From assembly GCA_965205945.1 (NCBI GenBank), contig CBDBIB010000003.1, forward strand, positions 448,394 to 512,393: a stretch of 64,000 nt of DNA, read 5' to 3'. The DNA is from Bdellovibrionales bacterium. Its GTDB lineage: Bacteria; Bdellovibrionota; Bdellovibrionia; Bdellovibrionales; UBA1609. A program made the position numbers and the translations under genes. Below the pieces are notes generated by a model. That model was given only the letters and a program-made list of their open reading frames with translations. It ran no database searches and was not told the DNA's origin. Below are positions 46,168 to 56,814 of the stretch, piece after piece; the first letter of the stretch is position 1, and every line of letters begins with the position of its first letter.

Positions 46168-47778
46168 ATGAGATTTATAGGTTTTGCAAGGTTTTTAGGG
46201 GTTTTTTTAATAAGTTTTTTAATCTCTTGTCGTGGTGTGAAAAAACATGAGTTTGTTTATTGTTCAGAAGGAGGACCAACAACATTTAACCCTCAGTTGG
46301 CCGGAGATGGTGTAACTTTTAACGCCTCTTCACAGCCTATTTATAACAGACTGCTTGAATTTAAAGAGGGCACAACAGATTTAATTCCTTCTCTTGCAAG
46401 ATCATGGCAAGTTTCTCAATCAAGCAAAGAAATTATTTTTAATTTAAGAGATGATGTGGAATTTCACACTACAGAATATTTTAAGCCTACAAGAAAGTTT
46501 AATGCTGACGATATTATATTTTCATTTTCTAAAATGATGGATTTAAACCATGAATATCATAAAACAATATCAGGCACTTATGAGTACTTTGAATCCATGG
46601 GGATGAGAAGAGTAATTAAAGAAATTAAAAAAATATCAGAATATAAGATTAAATTTATTTTAAAAGAAACTGAAGCCCCTTTTTTGTCTAATCTAGCAAT
46701 GGACTTTGCTAGCATTTTATCAAAGGAGTACGCAGACACTCTTCTTAAGAAAAAGAAAAAGGAAGATCTTAACAATAAGCCCATTGGGACAGGAGCATTT
46801 AAATTTCACTCTTATGTAAATGAAAAAAAAATACATTATTTAAGGCACAATAATTATTTTTTAGGTCCTAGTCAAATTTCTGATTTAGTTTTTTTAATTA
46901 TACCTGATCCAAATAAAAGACTTGAAAAACTAAGAAAAGGGGACTGTCATTTTGCAAAAAACTTTGCTTTCATAGCAAGAGGAGAGTTTAATTTAAAAGA
47001 TAAAATTAAATTGATTAAAGCTCCAGGTTTAAATATTAGCTATATAGGAATAAATTTAAGAAAGAAAAGGTTTAAGAATAAGAAGCTTAGAAAAGCTATG
47101 AGTAAAGCTTTAAATAGAAGAAGTTATGTTGATTCTATTTATTTAGGAAATGCTATTAAAGCAAAATCACCTCTTCCTCCAGGTATTTGGGCCTATGATA
47201 AAGACTTAAAAAATTTAGATTATGATTTAGAAGCAGCTAAGGTATTAATTAAAGATTCTGGTATAGATCTTCCAATGCAAGTAACACTGTGGACGCTTCC
47301 GGTATCAAGACCGTATAACCCAAATGGTAAAATTATGGGTGAGATGATTAAGGAGGATTTTAAGCAAATTGGAATTGAATTAAATTTAGTTACCTATGAC
47401 TGGCCTACATATTTACAAAAATTAAAACAAGGGGAGCATGAGTTAGTTGAATATGGCTGGTCTGCAGACAACGGAGACCCTGATAATTTTTTAAATATTT
47501 TGCTAAGTTGCTCAGGAGCAAAAGGGGGGACAAATGTTTCAGGTTTTTGCAATAAATCCTATGATAAACTTATTAATAAAGCAAGGCATGAGTTTTCTCA
47601 AAAAAAACGTAAAAATATATATAAAAAAGTTTTAAATCTTTTTCAAGAAGAGATGCCATTTTTACCAATAGCACATTCAAATCTTTTTCGAGTGATGAGG
47701 CAAGAGGTGAGAGGTTATGTTGTGCGGCCTATAGGAACAGAGTCTTTTTATAAAGTAAGGCTTAACTCGTGGAAATAA
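46168..47778 (+). CDS. dppA: Dipeptide ABC transporter substrate-binding lipoprotein (SBP family 5)
   Basis: Lipobox LISC, YCSEG.P.TFNPQ, IYNRLLEF, PIGTGAF, RPYNPNG, GWSADNGDPDNF. Confidence 0.88.
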   Translation: MRFIGFARFLGVFLISFLISCRGVKKHEFVYCSEGGPTTFNPQLAGDGVTFNASSQPIYNRLLEFKEGTTDLIPSLARSWQVSQSSKEIIFNLRDDVEFHTTEYFKPTRKFNADDIIFSFSKMMDLNHEYHKTISGTYEYFESMGMRRVIKEIKKISEYKIKFILKETEAPFLSNLAMDFASILSKEYADTLLKKKKKEDLNNKPIGTGAFKFHSYVNEKKIHYLRHNNYFLGPSQISDLVFLIIPDPNKRLEKLRKGDCHFAKNFAFIARGEFNLKDKIKLIKAPGLNISYIGINLRKKRFKNKKLRKAMSKALNRRSYVDSIYLGNAIKAKSPLPPGIWAYDKDLKNLDYDLEAAKVLIKDSGIDLPMQVTLWTLPVSRPYNPNGKIMGEMIKEDFKQIGIELNLVTYDWPTYLQKLKQGEHELVEYGWSADNGDPDNFLNILLSCSGAKGGTNVSGFCNKSYDKLINKARHEFSQKKRKNIYKKVLNLFQEEMPFLPIAHSNLFRVMRQEVRGYVVRPIGTESFYKVRLNSWK

Positions 47779-48755
47779 AAGGCGCGTTTAAGGAAAAAAT
47801 TTATTTTAAAGAAAAAATAGAAAAATCTCTTTTAAAAAGAAAAAACCACTATTTTTTTATAGACTCTTTTTTTAAAAACCATAAGCTTTTTAAAAACTGT
47901 CAGAATATAATATTCTTAAAGCCTGGAGAAGGTGTAAAGAATTTAACAACTTTAAACAAACTTATTAAATGGTTGCTTGACAATGGAGCTAATAAGAGCT
48001 CAACATTTGTTGCCGTAGGTGGCGGCAGTATTGGGGATAGTATAGGGTTTTTAGCCTCTATATATTTAAGAGGTGTTGATTTTATACAAGTTCCAACTAC
48101 ATGGCTTGCGGCTGTGGATTCTTCAATAGGCGGAAAAACAGCCTTAAACTACCAAAATTATAAGAATCAGATTGGAACTATCTATGCGCCAAAAGAAATC
48201 TATTTTTTTTTAAATTTACTTAATACCGCAAAGATTAAAGATTCAGAGGGTGAAATTATAAAAACATTATTTCTTAATATTAATAAAAATTGGGCTAAAA
48301 AGATTTTATCTAAATGGAGTAAGGATAAAATAAATTTTAAAGACTTGCCTTTGTTTATATCATATAAGATTTTAATTGTTAAAAAAGATATAACAGATGT
48401 AAAGGGTATTAGAGCTGTTCTTAACTTTGGGCACACTATAGGGCATGCTTTAGAGTTAATATATGGGTTTTCTCATAGTGATACGGTGAAAAAGGGTTTA
48501 TTATTTTCTATAAGGTGGAGTTATAAAAAAAAATATCTTTCTTTAAGTAATATGAATTTTTTATTAAATTTTTTAAATGATAAATTGCCCAGCGTAAGTG
48601 AAAAAAAGCTTTTAAAAGCTTTGTCTAAAGATAAAAAATCTAGAGAAAATATAGTTAATTTTATTTTTTTAAAAAATAATGGGCCTTTTGTAAAAAAAGT
48701 TAAAATTTCTGATTTGATTAAAGAATATAAAAGGCAAATAAATAGTGGATGTTAA
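47769..48755 (+). CDS. aroB: 3-dehydroquinate synthase
   Basis: VAVGGGSIGD, YLRGV, VPTTWLAAVDSSIGGKT, KNQIG, LNFGHTIGHALE, DKK. Confidence 0.93.
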   Translation: MEIKGAFKEKIYFKEKIEKSLLKRKNHYFFIDSFFKNHKLFKNCQNIIFLKPGEGVKNLTTLNKLIKWLLDNGANKSSTFVAVGGGSIGDSIGFLASIYLRGVDFIQVPTTWLAAVDSSIGGKTALNYQNYKNQIGTIYAPKEIYFFLNLLNTAKIKDSEGEIIKTLFLNINKNWAKKILSKWSKDKINFKDLPLFISYKILIVKKDITDVKGIRAVLNFGHTIGHALELIYGFSHSDTVKKGLLFSIRWSYKKKYLSLSNMNFLLNFLNDKLPSVSEKKLLKALSKDKKSRENIVNFIFLKNNGPFVKKVKISDLIKEYKRQINSGC

Positions 48756-49905
48756 GGTAAGGCTTCCTGCTTCAAAATCTATTGTAAACAGGTATTTGAT
48801 TCTTAAAGAAGGTTTTCCAGATTTTTCTTTAAAATGGGATTCTAAAGCAAAAGATGTAATTTATCTTAAACACGCATTAAAGACCTATAAAAAATCAACT
48901 AAAATATATATTGGTGAAGGGGGGACGACACTTAGATTCTTAGCACTATTTCTTTCTTCACAGAAAGGTTCGTGGGTTTTAAAAGGGACATCAACTCTTT
49001 TTAAAAGGCCTCAAAGTGAATTGGTAAACGCTATAAATGCATTAGGAGCAAAGGCTTACTTATCTGGTAACAGCCTTATTCTTTCTTCTAACGGATGGAG
49101 TAAACAAGTAGTTGAAGTTTCAGCTTTAAAAACAACTCAAGTTTTAACAGGTTTAGTCTTAGCAGCATTGGCATCAAAAAATCAGTTAGATATTAAGATT
49201 AAAGAAAAAGGGTTAAATTCAAATTACTTTCTACTCACAAAAAAATTTGTAGAATCTTTAGGTTTTAAAATCTTAGTTAATAAAACTCTAATTAAAGTAC
49301 AGGCAAAGCAAGAGTTAAAAAGGAATCTAGGCTTTCAGGATTTAGAGTCAGATTGGTCTTCGGCTGCATTTATTTATGTTATGGCATCTATAATGGGGAA
49401 AGCTAAAATTCAAGGTCTTATAAGTAAGAGTTTTCAACCAGATGCAAGAATTTTAGAAATTCTAAGGTCTGCAGGTGTAGGAGTTTCTTCATTTACTGTG
49501 GAGAAACCTGTTGAAAATAAATTTATATATAGAGCAATAAACGTTAATTTACAAACTTGCCCTGATTTGTTTCCTGTTTTAAGTGTTTTTTCATGCTTTT
49601 GTCTTGGTGATTCTGCTTTGTTTGGAGCGCCTCAATTAATTTATAAAGAATCAAATAGAATAAATCGTATTCATGAGCTTTTATTTAACTGTGGCTATAA
49701 ATCAAGTTGTAGAGAAGATGGAATCCAAATTAAAGGTGAAGGTTTTAAATTATTAGAGCATAAAAAATTTAGTTTCGATGTCTCTAGTGATCATAGAATT
49801 TTCATGGCTTGTCAGATTTTAAAAAGATTTGGATACCAAATAGATATTAGAGGAGAAAGAGCTATTAAAAAAAGTTTTCCTGAGTATCTGAAAATGAAAG
49901 TGTAA
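48745..49905 (+). CDS. aroA: EPSP synthase (divergent)
   Basis: LPASKSIVNR, GTTLRF, RP, DWSSA, CPDLFP, KESNRI, DHRI, KSFP. Confidence 0.88.
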   Translation: MDVKVRLPASKSIVNRYLILKEGFPDFSLKWDSKAKDVIYLKHALKTYKKSTKIYIGEGGTTLRFLALFLSSQKGSWVLKGTSTLFKRPQSELVNAINALGAKAYLSGNSLILSSNGWSKQVVEVSALKTTQVLTGLVLAALASKNQLDIKIKEKGLNSNYFLLTKKFVESLGFKILVNKTLIKVQAKQELKRNLGFQDLESDWSSAAFIYVMASIMGKAKIQGLISKSFQPDARILEILRSAGVGVSSFTVEKPVENKFIYRAINVNLQTCPDLFPVLSVFSCFCLGDSALFGAPQLIYKESNRINRIHELLFNCGYKSSCREDGIQIKGEGFKLLEHKKFSFDVSSDHRIFMACQILKRFGYQIDIRGERAIKKSFPEYLKMKV

Positions 49906-49907
49906 TA

Positions 49908-51611
49908 ATGTATTTTTTAATTGGCCATAGAGGAGTTGGGAAGACATCTTTATTAAAAGATTTACATGGAGGCGTGGATTTAGATAAAGAAATTTTAAAA
50001 AAACATAATATTCAGGATTTTTTTGAAAAAGGGCAGGAAAAAAAATTTAGAGATATTGAAAGACAAGTTTTAATAGAAATTTTAGAAAAATTTAACCCTG
50101 AATTTGTTGCTCTAGGAGCAGGTTTTGAACTTCATAAATTTAATTTTCCTAAAAACTCTAAAATAATTTGGATTCAAAAAAAATCTGATAAGATTGGACG
50201 TATATTTTTAGATCGTCCGAGGCTGGATAAAAACAAAACTCCTAATGAAGAATTTAATTATAGAAAAAGAAAAAGAGATGAGTTTTATAAAAAATATGCT
50301 CATATTAAAATTGAAATTGAAGAGGGAGCAGATAACGCTAAAGTAGTTAAAAAAATCCTTAAAAAAAATAAAACAAAGCTCCTTCATGGTTTTTGCACTA
50401 TTAAAACTAAATCTGAATTTGATTTTATAATCGGTAAAGTAGAGCTTCGAACTGATTTTTTAAAAGAGAAAGAAATTAAGACTTTATTAAAAGATAAGTG
50501 TGGAAATCAAAGCCTAGTTTCTTTAAGAGTGGAGCCTACAAAGGCTTTTTTAGAAAGTTTATTTGCATATAAAAATATTCTTATAGATATACCTCTTAAG
50601 TATATGGAAAAAGGATATTTAAAACGATTGAATAATAAAAATATATTTATTTCAGAGCATAATTTAATTTCTTTAAAAAAAATCAAAGAAATCAATAGCA
50701 AAGGTTTTCATCTAAAATGGGCGCCTGAAGTAAAGAGCTTTAAAGAATTAATGAAATATCATAAAATGATTAAGAATATGAATGTAAGTTTTCTTCCAAG
50801 ATCTGTGGGAAGTTTAAGTGGAAGATGGAGCTGGTATAGACAACTAACTTTTTTTAAAAATAAAATTACATTTTTTAGATATGGACTTAATGAATACTTA
50901 GATCAACCAAGTTTTTATGAAGTAGATTTTTTGAACTCTAAAAAGTCTTTTAATGGTGCCGTTATTGGTGAGGATGTTAGTTTGTCGTATTCTCCTGCCT
51001 ATCATAGGGCTTTTTTTAAAGAAAAATTTAAAGGAACCTATGTTCGTATTTCACTTTATAAGGATGAGTTTTTAAAAGAAAACTTAAATTTTATAAAATC
51101 ATTAGGTGTTCAATTTTTATCAGTAACATCACCGTTTAAAAAAAAGCTTGGAGATTTATCAGGGTATTTAGGAGGGGCAAATACGCTTTATATGAACGAG
51201 GATTTAAGAGCAAAAGACACAGACGCTTTGTCCATTTCTTTTTTAAAAAAAGAGCTTTTTAAAGTTAAATCAGTACTGATTTGGGGGGCTGGAAGTATGG
51301 GGGTTAAGATTTTTAAAAAAATTAGAGAAAAGACTGTTCTTCAATCGGTTCGTGACTATGAGGATGGAGCTTTACAGGGTAAAAGTTTTGAAGCTCTAAT
51401 TTGGTCAGCAGGGCCTGAATGTGTAATTAAACCAAAATTAAAAATTCCGCCAAAAGTGATTTATGATCTAGAGTATAAGGATCATTCTCAAGCTAAAGCG
51501 GTTGCTTTGTTGTGGGGTTGTGACTATATTTCGGGAAGAGATTTTTTTATAACTCAAGCTAAAGCACAACAAAAGTTTTGGTTAAGTTGTGTAGAAGGAA
51601 AAATTAAATGA
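49908..51611 (+). CDS. Triple fusion: shikimate kinase + type I dehydroquinase-like domain + shikimate dehydrogenase (AroK-AroD-AroE)
   Basis: N-terminal GHRGVGKT, DLD, FRDIE, RPRL. Middle VELRTD, LKWA. C-terminal IG..VSLSYSP, SVTSPFK, ANTL, DTD, GAGSMG, YDLEY, QA..Q..FW. Confidence 0.8.
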   Translation: MYFLIGHRGVGKTSLLKDLHGGVDLDKEILKKHNIQDFFEKGQEKKFRDIERQVLIEILEKFNPEFVALGAGFELHKFNFPKNSKIIWIQKKSDKIGRIFLDRPRLDKNKTPNEEFNYRKRKRDEFYKKYAHIKIEIEEGADNAKVVKKILKKNKTKLLHGFCTIKTKSEFDFIIGKVELRTDFLKEKEIKTLLKDKCGNQSLVSLRVEPTKAFLESLFAYKNILIDIPLKYMEKGYLKRLNNKNIFISEHNLISLKKIKEINSKGFHLKWAPEVKSFKELMKYHKMIKNMNVSFLPRSVGSLSGRWSWYRQLTFFKNKITFFRYGLNEYLDQPSFYEVDFLNSKKSFNGAVIGEDVSLSYSPAYHRAFFKEKFKGTYVRISLYKDEFLKENLNFIKSLGVQFLSVTSPFKKKLGDLSGYLGGANTLYMNEDLRAKDTDALSISFLKKELFKVKSVLIWGAGSMGVKIFKKIREKTVLQSVRDYEDGALQGKSFEALIWSAGPECVIKPKLKIPPKVIYDLEYKDHSQAKAVALLWGCDYISGRDFFITQAKAQQKFWLSCVEGKIK

Positions 51612-52609
51612 GTAATACATATGGTCACTTATTTAAAATGACAAGTTTTGGTGAAAGTCATGGGAAAGGTTTAGGAGTTGTGATTGATGGTATGCCTTCA
51701 GGTGTTTTAGTGGATGAAGAAATTTTTATAGATTTTTTAAATAGAAGAAGACCTGGCGGTGAATTGATGTCTTTAAGGAAAGAATTAGATGAACCTGAAA
51801 TATTAAGTGGTATTATGGAAGGTAAAACATTAGGAACCCCGATTTCATGTGTTTTTAAGAATGTAGATGTTAGGTCTAAGGATTATAAAAATTTAAAGGC
51901 ACGTCGAGGGCATGCTGATGCTGTTTGGACAAAAAAATATGAGCATGTTGATTTAAGGGGAGGAGGCAGAAGCTCTGGAAGAGAAACTCTTGCCAGAGTT
52001 GTAGCCGGGGCTTTTGCAAAAATGGCGTTAATAAAAGAATTTCCTGATATACAAGTTAAAGCTGTAACGAGATCGATTTTTAAGTTTAAAGATGATAAAT
52101 ATTCGGATCAAGATTTTTTTAAAATTGATAAAACAAACCTAGGGTTCTTATCAAAAAAGGTGTCTATTAAGACGAGTAAAAATCTTTTAAAAGCTAAAGA
52201 AGAGGGCCAGAGTTACGGTGGTAGGGTTGAGGTAAGAGTTAAGAACCCGGTGCCTTCATTGGGGCAACCTATATATGGAAAAATTAAATCTAAACTTGCA
52301 GAAGCGGTTCTTTCTATTGGAGCGGTTAAGAGCTTTTCTTTAGGTGATGATGTGGATTTTTCTATATACGGAGGGCAAGAGTTTCACTGTATGCCAAAAT
52401 CCATTTATGGAGGAGTATTAGGGGGAATTACTACAGGTGATACAATACAGTTTTTTGTCGATATTAAGCCTTCTTCATCTATTCTTAATGTGGCTAAATC
52501 AGGCAGACATGATCCATGTATTGTTCCAAGAGTATTGGTGGTTTTAGAGTCTATGGTGTGGATGGTGTTGATGGATTTGTGGCTGCAAAGAAAAGTTGAA
52601 ATTAATTAA
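51608..52609 (+). CDS. aroC: Chorismate synthase
   Basis: FGESHG, RRRPG, GKTLGTPI, RRGHAD, GGGRSSGRET, GGVLGGIT, KPSSS, GRHDPC. Confidence 0.95.
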   Translation: MSNTYGHLFKMTSFGESHGKGLGVVIDGMPSGVLVDEEIFIDFLNRRRPGGELMSLRKELDEPEILSGIMEGKTLGTPISCVFKNVDVRSKDYKNLKARRGHADAVWTKKYEHVDLRGGGRSSGRETLARVVAGAFAKMALIKEFPDIQVKAVTRSIFKFKDDKYSDQDFFKIDKTNLGFLSKKVSIKTSKNLLKAKEEGQSYGGRVEVRVKNPVPSLGQPIYGKIKSKLAEAVLSIGAVKSFSLGDDVDFSIYGGQEFHCMPKSIYGGVLGGITTGDTIQFFVDIKPSSSILNVAKSGRHDPCIVPRVLVVLESMVWMVLMDLWLQRKVEIN

Positions 52610-52620
52610 AGGGGGTATAA

Positions 52621-53925
52621 GTGAGAGATAAAAGGTTTTTAATTGTGGTAATCTTTATTTTTTTAAGCAGTTGTAACACAATACAAAAAAATAAAAATAA
52701 ATTTCTAAAGCACCCATTAAGTATTGTCCAAGGAACTACCGATTCAACACAAACATTCATATCGATTCTTTCTAAAAAAAAACAAGGTAACTTAAAGTTT
52801 TTTGTATCAAGGAGTGGGTCATTTCAAAAGCCTATTCAAATCCTTAGTTATTTTAAAAAAAAATCCCCGGATGGAAAATGGGTTATTGAAAGAATTCACA
52901 TTAAAAATCTTAAAAATTTTATAAAATATAAATTACTTGTGAAAGTAAAAGGAAAGATTATTGATGAAAGAAGTTTTCAAACATTGAATTTAAAAAGAGA
53001 GAATATTCGCATTGGTGTGGTTTCATGTATGGACGATAGAATTTCCTCAGCTAATAAAATGTGGGAGTCTTATTTAAATAGATTTCTTGATATAAATTTT
53101 TTTATTGGTGATAATGTATACGCTGATCGACTTGATGATGGGTCTGTAAAAATAGCTGATGAAAAACAGTTGTGGCAAAGGTATATTCAGACTTGGGGGA
53201 GATTATATTTTTATCATTCATCACAATTGAGTCCTACATATTATCTTTGGGATGATCATGACTACGGTAAAAATGATGGCGATGCTAGCTACGTACACAA
53301 GAAGGTGTCTGCAGAAATTTTTTGGACGTTTAATCCTAATGAAGAAATTACAGGGGTATACCAAAAAACTTTTGGAGTTGGTTCAATATTAAATGCATTT
53401 AATCAGAAATTTTTGTTTCTAGATGGAAGATTTTTTAGAGAAAATCAAAGAGGTGTTCATTGGGGATTTGATCAAAAAAAGAAAGTGCTAGATGAGATTA
53501 GAGCAAGTAGAGCGAAAATTAATTGGATGATTCAAGGCGATCAGTTTTTTGGTGCTTATCATCCATTTGAATCCTTTGAGAGAGATAATCCAAAAGAATT
53601 TAAAAATACGTTAGAAAGTTTAAAAAAAACGAATAAGAAGATTGTTTTTATAAGCGGAGATAGACATTTAACTGAGATTATGAAAATTAAAAAAGCAGTT
53701 CTTGGTTATAAAACTTTTGAAATTACTTCTAGTGGAATTCATGCAAAGGTTTTTCCAAAATCTTTTTTAAAATTTCCAAATCCAAGGGGAGAAGTAGGTA
53801 AATCAGGAGTTTATAACTATACAGTCATAGAGCTTTATCGTGATGGAGAAGAAAAAAAGCAGTTTAAAGTAACATCTTATGGAGCTAAAGACTGGATGCA
53901 CTACACAAAGGAATTATCACTATAA
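52621..53925 (+). CDS. PhoD-family alkaline phosphatase/phosphodiesterase lipoprotein
   Basis: Lipobox LSSC, VSC, GDNVYAD, WDDHDYG.ND, LDGR, SGDRH, EITSSG. Confidence 0.88.
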   Translation: MRDKRFLIVVIFIFLSSCNTIQKNKNKFLKHPLSIVQGTTDSTQTFISILSKKKQGNLKFFVSRSGSFQKPIQILSYFKKKSPDGKWVIERIHIKNLKNFIKYKLLVKVKGKIIDERSFQTLNLKRENIRIGVVSCMDDRISSANKMWESYLNRFLDINFFIGDNVYADRLDDGSVKIADEKQLWQRYIQTWGRLYFYHSSQLSPTYYLWDDHDYGKNDGDASYVHKKVSAEIFWTFNPNEEITGVYQKTFGVGSILNAFNQKFLFLDGRFFRENQRGVHWGFDQKKKVLDEIRASRAKINWMIQGDQFFGAYHPFESFERDNPKEFKNTLESLKKTNKKIVFISGDRHLTEIMKIKKAVLGYKTFEITSSGIHAKVFPKSFLKFPNPRGEVGKSGVYNYTVIELYRDGEEKKQFKVTSYGAKDWMHYTKELSL

Positions 53926-54098
53926 GCCTTTATTAAGGAGTTGTTTTCTTTGCGGTTTTAGGAACAGTACATAGTGTTACTGTTTTGAGTCAGGGTTTTA
54001 CAATCAAAAAGGTTTTTAAATTTTTAGTTGAGCTAATATTATTGTTAAATCCTTGATATAAAGAAAGCTTTACTTGTGTTTTTTTAAAAAAAGTATTT

Positions 54099-55307
54099 TT
54101 ATTTTTTAATAATTCTATGATGGTAAGAATACCAAACACAAGAAAGTATAAAAAAAATTATTGTAAAAATACGAATTGTTGCTGCCTCACCATAATAATC
54201 AGCAAATATCCCTATGGGATAAGTCGCTATAGGCCCAAGACTTCCAAAGGCTAAACCAATAAGAGCACTCACCCTCCCTCTAAAAGACTCCTTCACCTCA
54301 AGTTGAATACCCACCGTTAACGCAGCAAACATTAAATATCCGGAAAATCCCATTGCACACATTATCACTGCAGCACCAAACTGATTTTCAACTTCTAAGA
54401 CCATCCAATAAAAAAATAGAATCATTGAAACAGCGATTTTTATAGTAGAAAGAGCATCTTTTGGTTTCCACACTGCAAATACTAATGAGCCTAAAACTGA
54501 ACCCATAGCAGGAAACATAAAGAGTCGCCCAAAGTCGGCAGCCTCTAGCTCAAACTTTTTAGTAGCAAAAGTTCTAAGCACTACAACGAATAACGGAAAG
54601 ATTGTTAGCATGGATAAAGCTAGTTGCCCTAGTTGGTATCTCATGCGAGGTTTTTTTAAAAAATAGCTTAACTCCTTTAGTGCTTGGGGTTTTATATTTT
54701 TTTCTTCATGGGGTTTAATCTTTAAGAAATAAATCACAATACAAACTGTGAAAAAACCGATGGCATCCATTAAAAAAACTAGACTTGGCCCCCAGAATGT
54801 TAAAAGAAGCCCTGCAACAACGGGTCCAAGCATTCTTCCTATATGAAAATTTATGGAGTTTATAGCCAGGGCTTGCTGAAAATCCTGACGATCAACAATT
54901 CTAACTATTATAGCCTCAAAGGTCGGGGAGCCAAAAGAAACTATAACCCCTTCAATTACTGCAAAAATAATAAGGTGCCAGACTGTAATGGATCCCCACT
55001 CGCAAAAAGCTGCCAAAAAGAGTACTAAAAGGCCCATTAAAAGCTGTGTAATAATCATTATTTTTTTAGCATCAGCCCCATCTACTAAAGCACCACCTTT
55101 TAAAATTAAAAACGTTATAGGAATAGCGGCAGCTAGCATTACAGCCCCTTGCCAAGAAGACCCCCCTGTTAACTCTAGAATCAACCAAGATTGGGCTAAA
55201 TTATGGGACCAACTGCCTATTAAAGCAACTGTTCTAGCTATAAAAAATAGTGTGAAATTTATATTTTTAAAGGGAGAGAATCGAGATTCTATAAAATCAG
55301 AGAGCAT
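54099..55307 (-). CDS. MFS transporter (MFS_3 / H+ antiporter-like)
   Basis: Twelve-TM pattern, GGALVDG...KK, F..PT..A...IV, A.A.NS..F..GRMLGP, RGRV.A. Confidence 0.9.
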   Translation of the reverse strand: MLSDFIESRFSPFKNINFTLFFIARTVALIGSWSHNLAQSWLILELTGGSSWQGAVMLAAAIPITFLILKGGALVDGADAKKIMIITQLLMGLLVLFLAAFCEWGSITVWHLIIFAVIEGVIVSFGSPTFEAIIVRIVDRQDFQQALAINSINFHIGRMLGPVVAGLLLTFWGPSLVFLMDAIGFFTVCIVIYFLKIKPHEEKNIKPQALKELSYFLKKPRMRYQLGQLALSMLTIFPLFVVVLRTFATKKFELEAADFGRLFMFPAMGSVLGSLVFAVWKPKDALSTIKIAVSMILFFYWMVLEVENQFGAAVIMCAMGFSGYLMFAALTVGIQLEVKESFRGRVSALIGLAFGSLGPIATYPIGIFADYYGEAATIRIFTIIFFILSCVWYSYHHRIIKK

Positions 55308-55737
55308 CTTTAGTATACTACTTCTCCTTAAGGCCTATAACCATAAATGGTTTAAAGTTTTTTAAATTCCTCATCAGAATTTAGAAAAACATGAAGAACT
55401 GTTTAATCAAGACTTTAAAGCCTAGATCGGCATCATCTGCTCTTATTGTGCTTTGAGAGAGCAAAAAGTGTACTCACTTAAGTAATCTCAAAGATGAGCT
55501 CCTAGATTAGAGTTCACATCCAATATATGAGGTTTAAAGGCCTTAGCTCAAAAATATGAGGGTTTTAATATAGACTGGTCAGAAAGGCTAAAATCTGAAA
55601 TTTATGATAAAAATTGTTCATGTGAGGATAGAGGTGACAATAAAGGCTGAAATCACTCGGGCTGAATCTGTCTATGTGCCTTTAGGTGGCATTGGAAGGA
55701 TTGGGTTTTTGAGTATGGTTTTTGAAGTGAAAAAGCT

Positions 55738-56814
55738 ATGAAGCTACCAATATACAGTATAGCAATATGTCTAATCACAACGACAGTGTTTGCCCAATCT
55801 ACCGATGAAGTTTGCAGTAGACATATCAAGTTCCAAAAGGCAGCTCTTTCTCAATCCAAACCATACTCATCGTTAAATTTTAATGCCTTAAGAGAAAATA
55901 ATCTTATTCTAATTGGAGAAACGCACCATTCTCACTATCGCAAGTATAAAGTTTATCAGAATTTACTTAATCAATATTTTTCAGGAAGAGAGTCTGAAAG
56001 CTGCCTATTTTTAGAAGCTGGGGGACCGGGAACAACAGAGCTAAGGTTTAAAGATGGCGGACCAGTTTTAACATTGAACGAGGAAGAAATTAAAACTTTT
56101 GAGACTATACACTTAAAAGGGTCTCAAGATACACACAAAACCCACGGCATGAGTATCTGGTGGCAAATATCATACGAACTCTCAAAAAAAGGAGTTAAAA
56201 TTTTCCCAATCGATATTGATGGCAGGGCTGGAATGAATAAGAGAAACGAATTTATGGCTGATAGTATCAATTCCTTGTTTAAAGAAGGTGTTTGTAAGTA
56301 TGCCGCCACAATCAATGGTTTTGCTCATTTAGTTGGACAGGGTCTATCACACTTCACATATGAATTTGATGGAACAACATTCATTGAAACAGCCAGTGAT
56401 AGCAGGACAGAAGAGGTCAAAAATTATGATACTATTCTAAAACGGTCAGGATATAAAATGCTGCAAAATTTTCTTGATGAAAGTATTTTTGATTATAGCT
56501 TGGTAAGACTTTTAGAAACTAGTATTGATTTAGTGAAAAAAGCTAATAGCAGCTATACAAGTCATGATTTAGACGGTTTTTGGAATTTGAAAGCGATTAA
56601 TTCTAATCATGAAACGACTGGCCCGGACACGCTCCTCTGTAGTGAAAATATAGAAAGTAAAGCAAGTTTAGTTTTAGAAGGGAGTGCCATACCCAATTAT
56701 CCACTTTACCTTTCAACTTACGGCGGATCTAATATGAACCAAGGTTCTGACTGGGGCAATCTTAAAGAATTTAACTATATAATTTTGTTTCCCACGGAAG
56801 ACTTTATTAAATGA
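55738..56814 (+). CDS. Secreted protein with EreA/ChaN/TIKI-superfamily motifs
   Basis: Signal peptide (TTTVFA-QS), LILIGETH, LFLE, PID, RNEFMADSI, NGFAHL. Confidence 0.6.
   Translation: MKLPIYSIAICLITTTVFAQSTDEVCSRHIKFQKAALSQSKPYSSLNFNALRENNLILIGETHHSHYRKYKVYQNLLNQYFSGRESESCLFLEAGGPGTTELRFKDGGPVLTLNEEEIKTFETIHLKGSQDTHKTHGMSIWWQISYELSKKGVKIFPIDIDGRAGMNKRNEFMADSINSLFKEGVCKYAATINGFAHLVGQGLSHFTYEFDGTTFIETASDSRTEEVKNYDTILKRSGYKMLQNFLDESIFDYSLVRLLETSIDLVKKANSSYTSHDLDGFWNLKAINSNHETTGPDTLLCSENIESKASLVLEGSAIPNYPLYLSTYGGSNMNQGSDWGNLKEFNYIILFPTEDFIK

Noticed and set aside
55330-55737. 45-aa ORF (MIKIVHVRIEV...) overlapping the start of the 55738 gene, and other broken frames in this spacer
   Set aside because: No SD or motif. 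It may be debris of a degraded gene, but I cannot support a call.
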